Positions 37,848 to 45,874 of a stretch of 64,000 nucleotides of DNA are shown in pieces (the first letter of the stretch is position 1; each line of letters opens with the position of its first letter). Location: the NCBI GenBank assembly GCA_903848275.1, contig CAINGB010000025.1, positions 4,713 through 68,712 on the forward strand. The letters are read 5' to 3'. The notes under the pieces are model-generated. The model ran no database searches. It had not been told where the DNA came from and saw nothing but the letters and a program-made list of their open reading frames with translations. A program made the position numbers and the translations under genes. The DNA comes from Candidatus Uhrbacteria bacterium (GTDB lineage: Bacteria; Patescibacteriota; Patescibacteriia; UBA9934).

Positions 37848-37995
37848 AAAAATAAAATTCACCCGTACAGAACGACGAGTTAGGCTCATCATTTTGTAAG
37901 GGCGAATCTTCATTAGATCGCGGTGCCACCTCACTTTAGGCTTTTAAGCAATTGTGCGCGCTGGTCGTTAAGCAGCGGGAGGATTGTCAGGCCTG
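37847..37995 (-). promoter_or_regulatory. Candidate T-box riboswitch leader of asnS. It has a promoter (TTGCCA-17-TATAGT), a short specifier hairpin with AAC (Asn) in its loop, a T-box sequence GGUGGCACCGCG that forms a canonical antiterminator (A1 6 bp, 7-nt bulge UGGCACC, A2 6 bp), and an overlapping 13-bp terminator plus U-tract.
   Basis: Minus strand reads cgcug CUUAACGAC cagcg ... aaGUGAGG UGGCACC GCGAUC uaaugaa GAUUCGC CCUUAC a ... terminator attcgcccttaca...tgtacgggtgaat tttattttt. UGGC is complementary to GCCA (G73 discriminator of tRNA-Asn). Confidence 0.55.
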
Positions 37996-38115
37996 GTAAG
38001 ACTATAGCTGAACGGGGATTTGGTGGCAAGCCTCTAGAATAGAAGAACGACACCGGGGGCATGCCGTTCCCCTGGGGGTCGGGCACCTCACGGTGTCGTT
38101 AAAGTAGAGTTGCAA

Positions 38116-38403
38116 TTAGGCGGGCCTGGTACGCCACTCTCCATCGAGGAAAAAGACGGCACGATGCACGAGCCAACCATCCGAGCGACGGAACACCGAG
38201 CCGAAGATGTGCTCATCAATCTTCCATTCCTCGGGGAAATCCTGAGTCGCCAGACGGTGATCCAAGACGTGTGAGGGACAGAGCCAACTGGGGGTTTGGA
38301 TATCAACCAGGCCGCGGGGGAGGTGTTTGGGCTGGTCGGCCTCGTTGTAGGTGCAACCAGCGGGGATGATGGGGATGCCGGAACAATCGACCATTTGAGG
38401 CAT
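38116..38403 (-). CDS. Hypothetical 95-aa Cys-containing protein with its own consensus promoter and SD
   Basis: Promoter TTGACA-17-TATACT at 38441-38469 (minus). GGAG 7 nt upstream of the ATG. No recognisable family. Confidence 0.5.
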   Translation of the reverse strand: MPQMVDCSGIPIIPAGCTYNEADQPKHLPRGLVDIQTPSWLCPSHVLDHRLATQDFPEEWKIDEHIFGSVFRRSDGWLVHRAVFFLDGEWRTRPA

Positions 38404-38440
38404 TGGGAAACTCCAGGTTGGTGATAAGTTGACCTAAATT

Positions 38441-38469
38441 AGTATAGCAAAAAAATGGCCTTTTGTCAA
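38441..38469 (-). promoter_or_regulatory. Consensus sigma70 promoter (TTGACA-17-TATACT) for the 95-aa ORF
   Basis: Minus strand cttgaca aaaggccatttttttgc tatact. Confidence 0.6.
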
Positions 38470-38506
38470 GCCATGGTGTCAATTATTTGGCTAAAATTGG
38501 CTTAGT

Positions 38507-39295
38507 TTATGGGGTTGATGTGAGGGGTAAAATGCCGGTCCAGAAGGGTTGCGTGGGGTGGCCGGGGACGTGGTAAAGGACGGTGTCGTGGACGCAAGCG
38601 GCCAGAGAGGCGACGTCGGCGCCTTTGAGAGGATAGCGGAAAAGGCCGTCGTAGGAGCTGTCGCGAGCGAGGCGGAGGAGTTGGACGACTTCCTGGCGAA
38701 GGGGCGTGGCCAGGAACCATTCGCCGGGGTTTTTGGCAATGCAGTTGGAGCAAACCAGTCCCCCACGGCCGCCATGCCAGCGGAAAGATAGTGGCACGAT
38801 CTCACCCTCGCAACCAACGCAATGGTCGAGCGCGACGTTGTAGCCGAGTTGGCGCATCAAACGTAAGAGAAAGCCGCTCAGCAAAAAAGTGCTGCGGGTG
38901 GGGTGCAGCGTCTGCTGAGCTTCGAGAAAATGGAGCCAAGTGGTTAGCTCGCCGTAGAGTACGGCGTCCTCTTGCTCTTCGTGAATGATTTTGTCGAGGA
39001 GGCCGAGGGAGGTGAGGGCGAGGAGGCGATGGTCGATGGATTCAGCGATGTTTTTGAAGGCGTGTTTACGTTCGACGCCGATGACGGTGACGGAATGCGC
39101 GCCGCGGATAATTTCGAGGTCGAGAATGGCGCAGGGCCCAAGATGTGGAGAGAGTTTGGCGAGAGGTTTAGCGGCGCCACGACCGAAGAACTCGAGCTTG
39201 CCGTGGCCGGGCGTCAACGCTGAATAACGGCGATCGGCTTCGCGCCAAGGAGAAACTGATAATATTATCGCTTCAGTTTTTATACTCGCCCACAT
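38507..39295 (-). CDS. recO: DNA repair protein RecO
   Basis: OB-fold N-domain plus CxxC...CxxC zinc finger (LDHCVGCEGEI...LVCSNCIAK). Confidence 0.85.
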   Translation of the reverse strand: MWASIKTEAIILSVSPWREADRRYSALTPGHGKLEFFGRGAAKPLAKLSPHLGPCAILDLEIIRGAHSVTVIGVERKHAFKNIAESIDHRLLALTSLGLLDKIIHEEQEDAVLYGELTTWLHFLEAQQTLHPTRSTFLLSGFLLRLMRQLGYNVALDHCVGCEGEIVPLSFRWHGGRGGLVCSNCIAKNPGEWFLATPLRQEVVQLLRLARDSSYDGLFRYPLKGADVASLAACVHDTVLYHVPGHPTQPFWTGILPLTSTP

Positions 39296-39305
39296 ACAAC
39301 GAAAA

Positions 39306-39707
39306 CTAAGCGAGGCGGCGGAGGTCGTCGAGATGGGCTTGAAGAACGAGTTGCGCGGCGATGGCGTCTTCCTGGGCTTTGACGCCGAATTCCTGTTGCA
39401 TGCGGCGAGCTTCCGAAGATGAGAATTTTTCGTCCGCTGTGATAATGGGGAGAGGTGTCGACGAAGCTAAAAGATCGATAAACTTTTTAGTGAGATCGAC
39501 CTGAGTCGAGGAATGCTCGGGATTGCTTTGATAAGGCACGCCGACTACGAGAGCGTCGATGCTTTCGGCCTTGGCGAGCTTGAGAATGACGGGAATAGCG
39601 GCATCGCCACCGACGATGACTTCTAGGGGAAACGCCAAGCCGGAGCTGTCGTCGCCGATAGCTAAGCCGATTTTTTTGAGGCCGAAGTCGATGCCGAGGA
39701 AGCGCAC
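39306..39707 (-). CDS. ruvX: YqgF/RuvX-like putative Holliday junction resolvase / pre-16S nuclease (GTG start assumed)
   Basis: VRFLGIDFGLKKIGLAIGDD...IDALVVGVPY RNase H-like fold signature. The longer tracked ORF overlaps the upstream gene. Confidence 0.65.
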   Translation of the reverse strand: MRFLGIDFGLKKIGLAIGDDSSGLAFPLEVIVGGDAAIPVILKLAKAESIDALVVGVPYQSNPEHSSTQVDLTKKFIDLLASSTPLPIITADEKFSSSEARRMQQEFGVKAQEDAIAAQLVLQAHLDDLRRLA

Positions 39708-39708
39708 A

Positions 39709-40155
39709 TTATTTGACGTCAGACTGGAAGTCAACGCGGAGAACTTGACCGTCCACACTGACTGGAAGGTCGTCGGTAACGCTGAAGACCTGGTCGCCGT
39801 TGTCGACATGGAGGAGCGCAATGTAATCCTTGCTCGGGTCGAGCGGGGTGGTTAAGCGAACGCCAGTACCCTCATGCAAACCGTGATCCAAGAAGCCGGA
39901 GGTAGCAATAATTGGACCAGGAGCCTTGCCGATAGCCTCGTGAATAGTAATGAAACCGTCCTTAACCAGGTTGACAGTAAACATTTGCATATTGGCCCAG
40001 CTGGCACCCGGGGTGATGGCGAGGGTGGAGCCTGGAACGTCGACCGGTACATAATCTGGCTTGGCTGGCGGTGCAGCAAAGAAGAGAACGCCGAGGCCGG
40101 TGATGGCGGCGAGAATGACGACGAGGACGACGATGTCAGTTTTTTTGAAGATCAT
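39709..40155 (-). CDS. Membrane-anchored hypothetical protein (148 aa)
   Basis: N-terminal TM helix, then a soluble domain. No recognisable family. Confidence 0.5.
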   Translation of the reverse strand: MIFKKTDIVVLVVILAAITGLGVLFFAAPPAKPDYVPVDVPGSTLAITPGASWANMQMFTVNLVKDGFITIHEAIGKAPGPIIATSGFLDHGLHEGTGVRLTTPLDPSKDYIALLHVDNGDQVFSVTDDLPVSVDGQVLRVDFQSDVK

Positions 40156-40349
40156 ATTTTGGTTAATTGAAGATCCATGAAGGAGGTGTCGGAGGCGTCT
40201 ATACTCTCATAATCGACGAAAAAGTCGAGGCTACCGACGCGCACTTCGTAGCCGCCGTCGTAATGGTTGGGGGTGATGTAAACAGTCTCTCCGCTAACTT
40301 TAGCGACGTGCTGGCGGATGAAGGCTTCGTCGGAGGTTTGATCGCGCAT
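40152..40349 (-). CDS. Small hypothetical protein (65 aa). 4-nt overlap with the downstream gene. TTATCCCCAC motif lies 42 nt upstream.
   Basis: ATGA overlap with the 39709..40155 gene, so translational coupling is plausible. Confidence 0.35.
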   Translation of the reverse strand: MRDQTSDEAFIRQHVAKVSGETVYITPNHYDGGYEVRVGSLDFFVDYESIDASDTSFMDLQLTKI

Positions 40350-40391
40350 ACGAGAGTTAGTGTACCTGAACGGTGACTTGGAACAAGGAGG

Positions 40392-40445
40392 GTGGGGATA
40401 AGTGGTCTACATTCAATGTATACATTGAATGTAGACCACTTATCC
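40392..40445. repeat. 50-nt perfect palindrome (25-bp arms, centre GTATAC) flanked by TTATCC(CC)AC DnaA-box-like motifs. Its right arm overlaps the stop codon of the ABC permease gene.
   Basis: ggataagtggtctacattcaatgta|tacattgaatgtagaccacttatcc. The left end reads gtggggataag (reverse complement cTTATCCCCAC). The right end reads cTTATCCACgg. Confidence 0.8.
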
Positions 40446-41276
40446 ACGGAGGCCGATGAAGTTACCGCTTTCGTAGCGGCGGACGGAGCCGTAGAAGGCG
40501 GCGATGCTGATGAGGAGCCAGAGGAGAGCGATGAGCCAGACGAGGCCGAGGGTGAGCCAGCTGTGGCCCATGACGGCTTCCACGGGGAGACCACCGACGG
40601 TGAGGGACGGAATGAGAACGACGAAGATGAAACGGGCGACTTTTGGAAATAAGGCGGAGGGATACATGGTTGGGTTCATGAAAACCTTAAAGACGGCCAT
40701 GACAGTGTGATTGGAATCGGGAAGATAAAAGGCGGCGGTACCGGCGACCACGCTGACGCTCAAAAAGATCAACATGGTGGCTGGCAACATGGCGGCGAAC
40801 CAAACGAGCGAGAGAGCTGAGCCGGTTATGACAGCATAAGCAATAATCAAAATCACGCCGAGTAAAGCGTCGCCCAAACCAGCGAGGTCGAAGCGACTGG
40901 TCATGGTGCGCACATAAAGATTGCGGGGCGAGAGTAGAAAGCCATCGAATGTTCCCTGCTCGACATAACGCGGTAACCACAAACTGCCACCAGCAAAGCC
41001 GAACGTGAAGCCGTAACACATGAGGTTCATGCCGAGCAGCGCAAAAATTTGAGTGCCGCTCCAGCCGTTGACGCTGCCCATGACCTGGAAGAATAAGATC
41101 CACAAGGCTAAGAAGGCGCAGTCGTTAATCATCATGCCGACGATCTGCAACATGAAAGCAGTACGGAATTCCATGGCGGCACGAAAATTAGTCAGCCAAA
41201 TAATCCGAGCGACCGTGAACTCGGCGATGAGGCCAGAAACGAATGATCGTTTATTTTTAATGCGCTTAGCCCCCAT
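40440..41276 (-). CDS. ABC-2 type transporter permease (second permease of a three-gene system)
   Basis: Polytopic membrane protein with a 6-TM ABC-2 profile. Confidence 0.7.
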   Translation of the reverse strand: MGAKRIKNKRSFVSGLIAEFTVARIIWLTNFRAAMEFRTAFMLQIVGMMINDCAFLALWILFFQVMGSVNGWSGTQIFALLGMNLMCYGFTFGFAGGSLWLPRYVEQGTFDGFLLSPRNLYVRTMTSRFDLAGLGDALLGVILIIAYAVITGSALSLVWFAAMLPATMLIFLSVSVVAGTAAFYLPDSNHTVMAVFKVFMNPTMYPSALFPKVARFIFVVLIPSLTVGGLPVEAVMGHSWLTLGLVWLIALLWLLISIAAFYGSVRRYESGNFIGLRG

Positions 41277-42081
41277 AAATTGATAAGATCTTTTTGGCGC
41301 GACGCCAGCTAAAGGTGGCGAACGATAACATTACGATGCACCAGATTAGTTGAGACAATAACAGCGTCGGAAATTCTGCCGCGAAGTCGCCTGTAAAAGC
41401 TCGAGCAAAAGAAATCATGGCGCCCATAGGCAGCCAAGTCGCCAAGATCTTCAACCAACTTGGGAAAAAGACAACGGGCACGATGGAGCCACCAAGAATC
41501 ATGACGCTTTTGTCGAAAATCCACATGACTGGCTCGGGGTCGTCCAACCAAAATGAAGTTATGCCAATGCAAGCAAAGGAGAACATGGAGAGCAGAAAAC
41601 CGAAGAAGCCGAGGCTTAAGAACTCGACCAGCCAGATTAACGAGAAGTCGACTGGAGGCGCGCCGGCCATGAGGAATAAGATTATAAATGAGATAGTGAG
41701 AGTTGAGATGCAGACCCAGGTTTGACGACCTAGGCGCTTGCAAACCGTGAGAATGATGTAGTCAACAGGCTTGTTTAAGATGCCTTCGACACTGCCGCCT
41801 TTGACGTCAAAAGCAATGTCGCGATAAATGTTACGAACACCGGTTGACCAATAAACGGTGTACATGCCGATGGACCAGAGGGACATGGCTAAGGTGACGC
41901 CCTGAATGGAAGAGCGGGCAGCGAAAGCGAAATGGTAAACAGAAAAGAGCGTCACGAGTGTGACGCTAATAGCACAGCAGTTAGAAAAAATTGTCGCGTA
42001 GTTACTAGAACTATCGCGCGCGGAGATGCGAGCGGCGACCCAGTATTTACGGAGGGACAAATAGCTACTTTTTAGCCCCAT
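41266..42081 (-). CDS. ABC-2 type transporter permease (first permease)
   Basis: Polytopic membrane protein that overlaps both neighbours. Confidence 0.7.
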   Translation of the reverse strand: MGLKSSYLSLRKYWVAARISARDSSSNYATIFSNCCAISVTLVTLFSVYHFAFAARSSIQGVTLAMSLWSIGMYTVYWSTGVRNIYRDIAFDVKGGSVEGILNKPVDYIILTVCKRLGRQTWVCISTLTISFIILFLMAGAPPVDFSLIWLVEFLSLGFFGFLLSMFSFACIGITSFWLDDPEPVMWIFDKSVMILGGSIVPVVFFPSWLKILATWLPMGAMISFARAFTGDFAAEFPTLLLSQLIWCIVMLSFATFSWRRAKKILSIYGG

Positions 42082-42889
42082 AAATATCTTGAATGATTTC
42101 TTCGAGCGATGGTTCGACGGCGACCATTTTCACGGGGCGGTGAGCGAAGTAGTCGTGCTTGAGGGCGTCGGTAGATTCGTCGACCACAATGCGGCCGTGG
42201 TTGACGACCATGGTGCGAGTGCAGAGTGCTTCGATGTCGCCGACGTCGTGACTGGTGAGAAAGAGAGTGACGCCTTCTTCGCGATTGATGCGACCCAAGA
42301 CTTCGCGGAGGGATTTTTTGGCGACGATGTCGAGGCCGATGGTGGGTTCGTCGAGGAAGATGATTTCTGGTTTGTGAATGAGGGCGACGGCGATTTCGGC
42401 CCGCATGCGTTGACCGAGCGAGAGCTTGCGGACGGGACGGTCGACGAATTCAGCGAGATCGAAGAGGCCGATGAGTTCTTTTTGACGACGACGGACGGTG
42501 GCTGGGGAGAGTTCGTAAATGGCGCCGAAGAGTTCGAAGGAGTCGCGGACCGGAAGATTCGGCACGAGTTGGGAGCGTTGGCCGAAGAGGGTGCCAATGC
42601 GGAAGGCCAGCTCGCGGCGGTTTTTGTAAGGGTGGAGGCCGGCCACGGTCATGTTGCCAGACGTGGGGTAAAGAATGCCGGTGAGCATCTTAATCGTCGT
42701 CGACTTCCCTGCCCCGTTCGGGCCAATAAAAGCGACAGCCTCCCCTTCCGGCACCGTAAAGCTGATGTCGTCGACGGCGGTGACAATCTCTTTCTCTGGC
42801 TTAAAAAAGTTGCGCAGGCGGCCTTGTTCTGGTTGACGCACGGCCAGACTAAAGCTTTTGACGAGATGGCTGACGGTGATGGCGGGCAT
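42065..42889 (-). CDS. ABC transporter ATP-binding protein
   Basis: Walker A GPNGAGKSTT, signature LSLGQRMR, Walker B IIFLDEPTIGLD. TGcTATAAT extended -10 immediately upstream. Confidence 0.85.
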   Translation of the reverse strand: MPAITVSHLVKSFSLAVRQPEQGRLRNFFKPEKEIVTAVDDISFTVPEGEAVAFIGPNGAGKSTTIKMLTGILYPTSGNMTVAGLHPYKNRRELAFRIGTLFGQRSQLVPNLPVRDSFELFGAIYELSPATVRRRQKELIGLFDLAEFVDRPVRKLSLGQRMRAEIAVALIHKPEIIFLDEPTIGLDIVAKKSLREVLGRINREEGVTLFLTSHDVGDIEALCTRTMVVNHGRIVVDESTDALKHDYFAHRPVKMVAVEPSLEEIIQDIYGAKK

Positions 42890-43009
42890 AATGAGGTGAT
42901 TATAGCACAATGGGAGGTGCTAGGTGCTACCCAGTACCTAGGGTGAGTTCAAACCCCAATGCACCACCCTGTAAACATTGAGGTTTGAACTCACCGGGGG
43001 ATAATTAGC

Positions 43010-43296
43010 TAGACAAAAGTGCGTTTTTGTGATACTATGCACAGTTACACAGAAACAATAAAAACCTCATGCCTTGTCCACTAGGGGTGGACGCCATTGG
43101 CAGTGAATATAGCAAACAGTTATCGCTGGCCAAGTCTGTCATGGACTTGGACAATGGCGAGTAAAACTCGTCGTAGTCCGGATTCTCACCGTGAGATGAA
43201 GTAGGAAGCGAAAGTAATCGCGTGAGCGGTGAATGCCTTAACCCTTGCTGTGTAAGCCTGCATCAAAGAACAAGCTGAACCCTGTGCCAACAGGGT
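43010..43296 (+). promoter_or_regulatory. Promoter (TAGACA-17-TACTAT) plus a ~250-nt structured 5' leader upstream of the RNHCP gene. The terminal hairpin accctgt gcca acagggt abuts the ATG. Possible riboswitch or cis-regulatory RNA of unknown class.
   Basis: Long untranslated region with multiple predicted helices and no ORF of 60 aa or more. The start codon sits immediately 3' of a 7-bp hairpin with no SD. Confidence 0.35.
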
Positions 43297-43623
43297 ATGA
43301 GGAAAAATTTCCTAGGTAGTGGCAACGATGCCTTTGTTTGCGAGAATTGCAAACTGACCGTCCGGCCGCTGACCAATGGGAGCTACCGTGATCACTGTCC
43401 GCGCTGCTTATACTGCAAACACGTCGACGTAGTGCCAGGAGACCGATTGGCAACTTGCCAGGGGTTGATGGAACCAGTTGGTGTGGAGTACTCGCCCAAG
43501 AAGGGTTGGATGATTCTGCACCGCTGTACACGTTGTACGGAACTGCGTCGTAATAAAGCAGCGTTGAATGATACTGAAGCGGATGACTACGAATTGATTA
43601 TCGCGCTCGCTAGCTCGCCATAA
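43297..43623 (+). CDS. RNHCP-domain zinc-ribbon protein
   Basis: Cys pairs CENC..CPRC..C...CTRC. SYRDHCPRCLYCKH resembles the RNHCP signature. Confidence 0.6.
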   Translation: MRKNFLGSGNDAFVCENCKLTVRPLTNGSYRDHCPRCLYCKHVDVVPGDRLATCQGLMEPVGVEYSPKKGWMILHRCTRCTELRRNKAALNDTEADDYELIIALASSP

Positions 43624-43689
43624 AGAAAACCACCCATGATTGGGTGGTTTTTCGTGTTTCAAAATGAGAGATGGAAATAGGAAAATATT

Positions 43690-44064
43690 TTAGCTTATCC
43701 CATTGTACAACCAAATTAATAAAAATATTGATACAGACTCCTCAATAATACGTCCGAAGCAACCCACCCAGAACCACGTTTGTTGCTTTGTATTTAAATC
43801 CTTATTTTTACCTGACAGAATATAAAATGTACCAAATACTGCTCCACCCAAAGCAAATAAAGTAGTTATAATACTAAATAAACACAGCACTCCAAAACCC
43901 ACTAAAGCTACCCAACCAACCCACTGCCACCCGATTGTATTAGTAAAAAATAGCGCCACGGAGACGGCTATACCGTAGAAAATAATATTTTTAATGGCGT
44001 CTCTCCAAACTTTCCCCGCTACTAGTCTCGCCTGAACAATATCATCGTGTGTCGTTAATGCCAT
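43690..44064 (-). CDS. Hypothetical integral membrane protein (low GC). The internal Met start avoids overlap with map.
   Basis: 3-4 TM helices. AT-rich. Confidence 0.45.
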   Translation of the reverse strand: MALTTHDDIVQARLVAGKVWRDAIKNIIFYGIAVSVALFFTNTIGWQWVGWVALVGFGVLCLFSIITTLFALGGAVFGTFYILSGKNKDLNTKQQTWFWVGCFGRIIEESVSIFLLIWLYNGIS

Positions 44065-44194
44065 AATATAATAATGAGATAATATATGAATTCTCCCATG
44101 TACTCCGAGGATGCTGATGTGTTTGCTTGAGTACGCCAATCTGTTTCGTGGATAACTCCTGTAAAATTGGAATTTGGTGAGTTCGATATTTGAT

Positions 44195-44977
44195 TTAGAT
44201 ACGTACTTTCGGCTGCGGGGTGAGAATTTCGACACCAGCTTCGGTGACAGCAATGGTGACTTCGAAGTGAGCGGCGTCGGAGCCGTCCAGGGTTTTGATG
44301 GTCCAGCCGTCGTCGCCGGTGGTGACGTCGCTGTCGCCGGTGGTCAGCATTGGTTCGATGGCGAGGACCATGCCGGAGACGATTTTGACGGTTGGGAAGG
44401 CTTTGCCGGCGCGGTAGTTAGGAATGTGTGGTGGCTCGTGGACTTTGTGACCCACGCCGTGGCCGACGAGGGCGGTGACGATGCCGTAGCGGCCGTCCAC
44501 AGCGTCCTCTACAGCGTCGCCGATGTCCGCGATGTTGCCACCGAGTTTGACGGCGTCGATACCAGCGTACATGGCGTCGCGAGTGAGGCGTATGAGGGCC
44601 AGGCGTTCCTGACTGACATTGCCGACGGGGACGGTGACCGCCATGTCCGTGGCGAGATTTTCGAGCCAGAGACCAATGTCGAGGCCGACGATGTCCCCTT
44701 CTTTGAGGACTAAATTGCGGTTGCCGAGGCCGTGGACAATTTCGTCGTTAACGGAAATGCAGACGGTCGAGGGAAATGGAATAGAGCCGCCAGCTTTGTA
44801 GCCGCGGAATGAAGGCTTGCCGCCGCCCTTTTCGATAACTTCGGTCGCGATAGCATCGAGCGACCGAATAGTAACGCCCGGTTTGACGGCGTCGACTGCG
44901 GCTTGGAGGGCTTGGGAGAGTAGCAGTCCACCGCGGCGGAGGGCATCTATTTCGGTAGAGGTTTTCGTTAATGACAT
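44195..44977 (-). CDS. map: Methionine aminopeptidase type I
   Basis: Pita-bread fold motifs VHGLGN..., DIVGLDIG, HGVGHKVHEPP. Confidence 0.9.
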   Translation of the reverse strand: MSLTKTSTEIDALRRGGLLLSQALQAAVDAVKPGVTIRSLDAIATEVIEKGGGKPSFRGYKAGGSIPFPSTVCISVNDEIVHGLGNRNLVLKEGDIVGLDIGLWLENLATDMAVTVPVGNVSQERLALIRLTRDAMYAGIDAVKLGGNIADIGDAVEDAVDGRYGIVTALVGHGVGHKVHEPPHIPNYRAGKAFPTVKIVSGMVLAIEPMLTTGDSDVTTGDDGWTIKTLDGSDAAHFEVTIAVTEAGVEILTPQPKVRI

Positions 44978-45040
44978 ATTTATACCGCTCGTTTTGTTGG
45001 GAAATTAGTGAAAACCAGACGATCGACGACCTGACCCCAG

Positions 45041-45586
45041 TCAAAAGATGTTGGCGATATCAGCAGAAACTTCGGCGACAGGACGGTTGCCGTCGATGGT
45101 GTGGACCAGACCGCGCTCAGCGAAGTGAGCGATGACTGGCTTGGTGTCGTGCTCGTAGATGTCGAGGCGGCGAGCCATGGCTTCGGGCGAGTCGTCGTTA
45201 CGGACTTCCACGCCAGCGCGGACGTGCATGCGACTAATCGAGACTTCGCGTGGGACTTCGATGACGATGACTTCAGTTGGGGCGTCGAAAGTGAGGTATT
45301 TGAGGTACTGGGCTTCGTTGCGAGGATAGCCGTCGAGAATATAGCCGTTGACCATGTCGGGCTTGGCCAGGCGGCGCTGCAAAACTTGGGCAGCGACTTC
45401 GTCGGAAACTAAGTGACCGGCGGCTTGAATGGCGTGAATAGACTCGCCGAATTCCCCACCCTCCTGTGCTGCATCACGCAACAAGGCACCCATGGAAAGT
45501 TCCGGGATGCCGAGTTTGTCCGATAAAATTTTAGCTTGAGTACCTTTGCCGCAACCTTGGGGGCCGAGGATGAGAATTTTATGCAT
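45041..45586 (-). CDS. adk: Adenylate kinase
   Basis: ILILGPQGCGKGTQ P-loop and the LID region. Confidence 0.9.
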   Translation of the reverse strand: MHKILILGPQGCGKGTQAKILSDKLGIPELSMGALLRDAAQEGGEFGESIHAIQAAGHLVSDEVAAQVLQRRLAKPDMVNGYILDGYPRNEAQYLKYLTFDAPTEVIVIEVPREVSISRMHVRAGVEVRNDDSPEAMARRLDIYEHDTKPVIAHFAERGLVHTIDGNRPVAEVSADIANIF

Positions 45587-45587
45587 A

Positions 45588-45857
45588 CTATTTGGCGAGC
45601 TCTGCCTGCTGGTCGTCGTAGAGATCTTCAATTTTAGCGATAACACGGTTAGCGGCACCACCCGAAAGTAGGTTACGGCTGAGATCTTTCATGGCCTCTT
45701 CGAAGTAGCCAATGTCGACCTTGCCGCCAGAACGTCTATCCTTCAAAACGATATTCAAGGCGTATTCGGCTAAGCCGCGCTGGTCACCCGAACCAAAGCT
45801 TGAACTACGGACAATAGAGGCGAGATCACGTTCGGTAATCCTTACTAACTTGGCCAT
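45588..45857 (-). CDS. Hypothetical 89-aa protein inserted between secY and adk
   Basis: Tightly packed between the secY stop and the adk start. No recognisable family. It is not IF-1 or L36. Confidence 0.45.
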   Translation of the reverse strand: MAKLVRITERDLASIVRSSSFGSGDQRGLAEYALNIVLKDRRSGGKVDIGYFEEAMKDLSRNLLSGGAANRVIAKIEDLYDDQQAELAK

Positions 45858-45874
45858 AGAGCGAGGTTTAAAGA

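Noticed and set aside
39852-40376. Overlapping ORFs 39852..40079 (-), 39874..40170 (+), 40167..40376 (+) and 40199..40594 (-)
   Set aside because: They overlap the better-supported 39709..40155 and 40152..40349 genes or the palindrome, and none has translation signals.
43040-43300. Possibility that the structured region upstream of RNHCP is RNase P RNA, tmRNA, SRP RNA or a purine riboswitch
   Set aside because: The universal elements are absent: no RNase P P4 (AGGAAAGUCCGG...ACAGAANCCGGCUUA), no tRNA-like 3' end (GGTTCGAnTCC...CCA) or tag ORF, and no SRP domain IV motif. Similarity to the purine aptamer is limited to a 9-nt stretch and does not carry the pairing partner.
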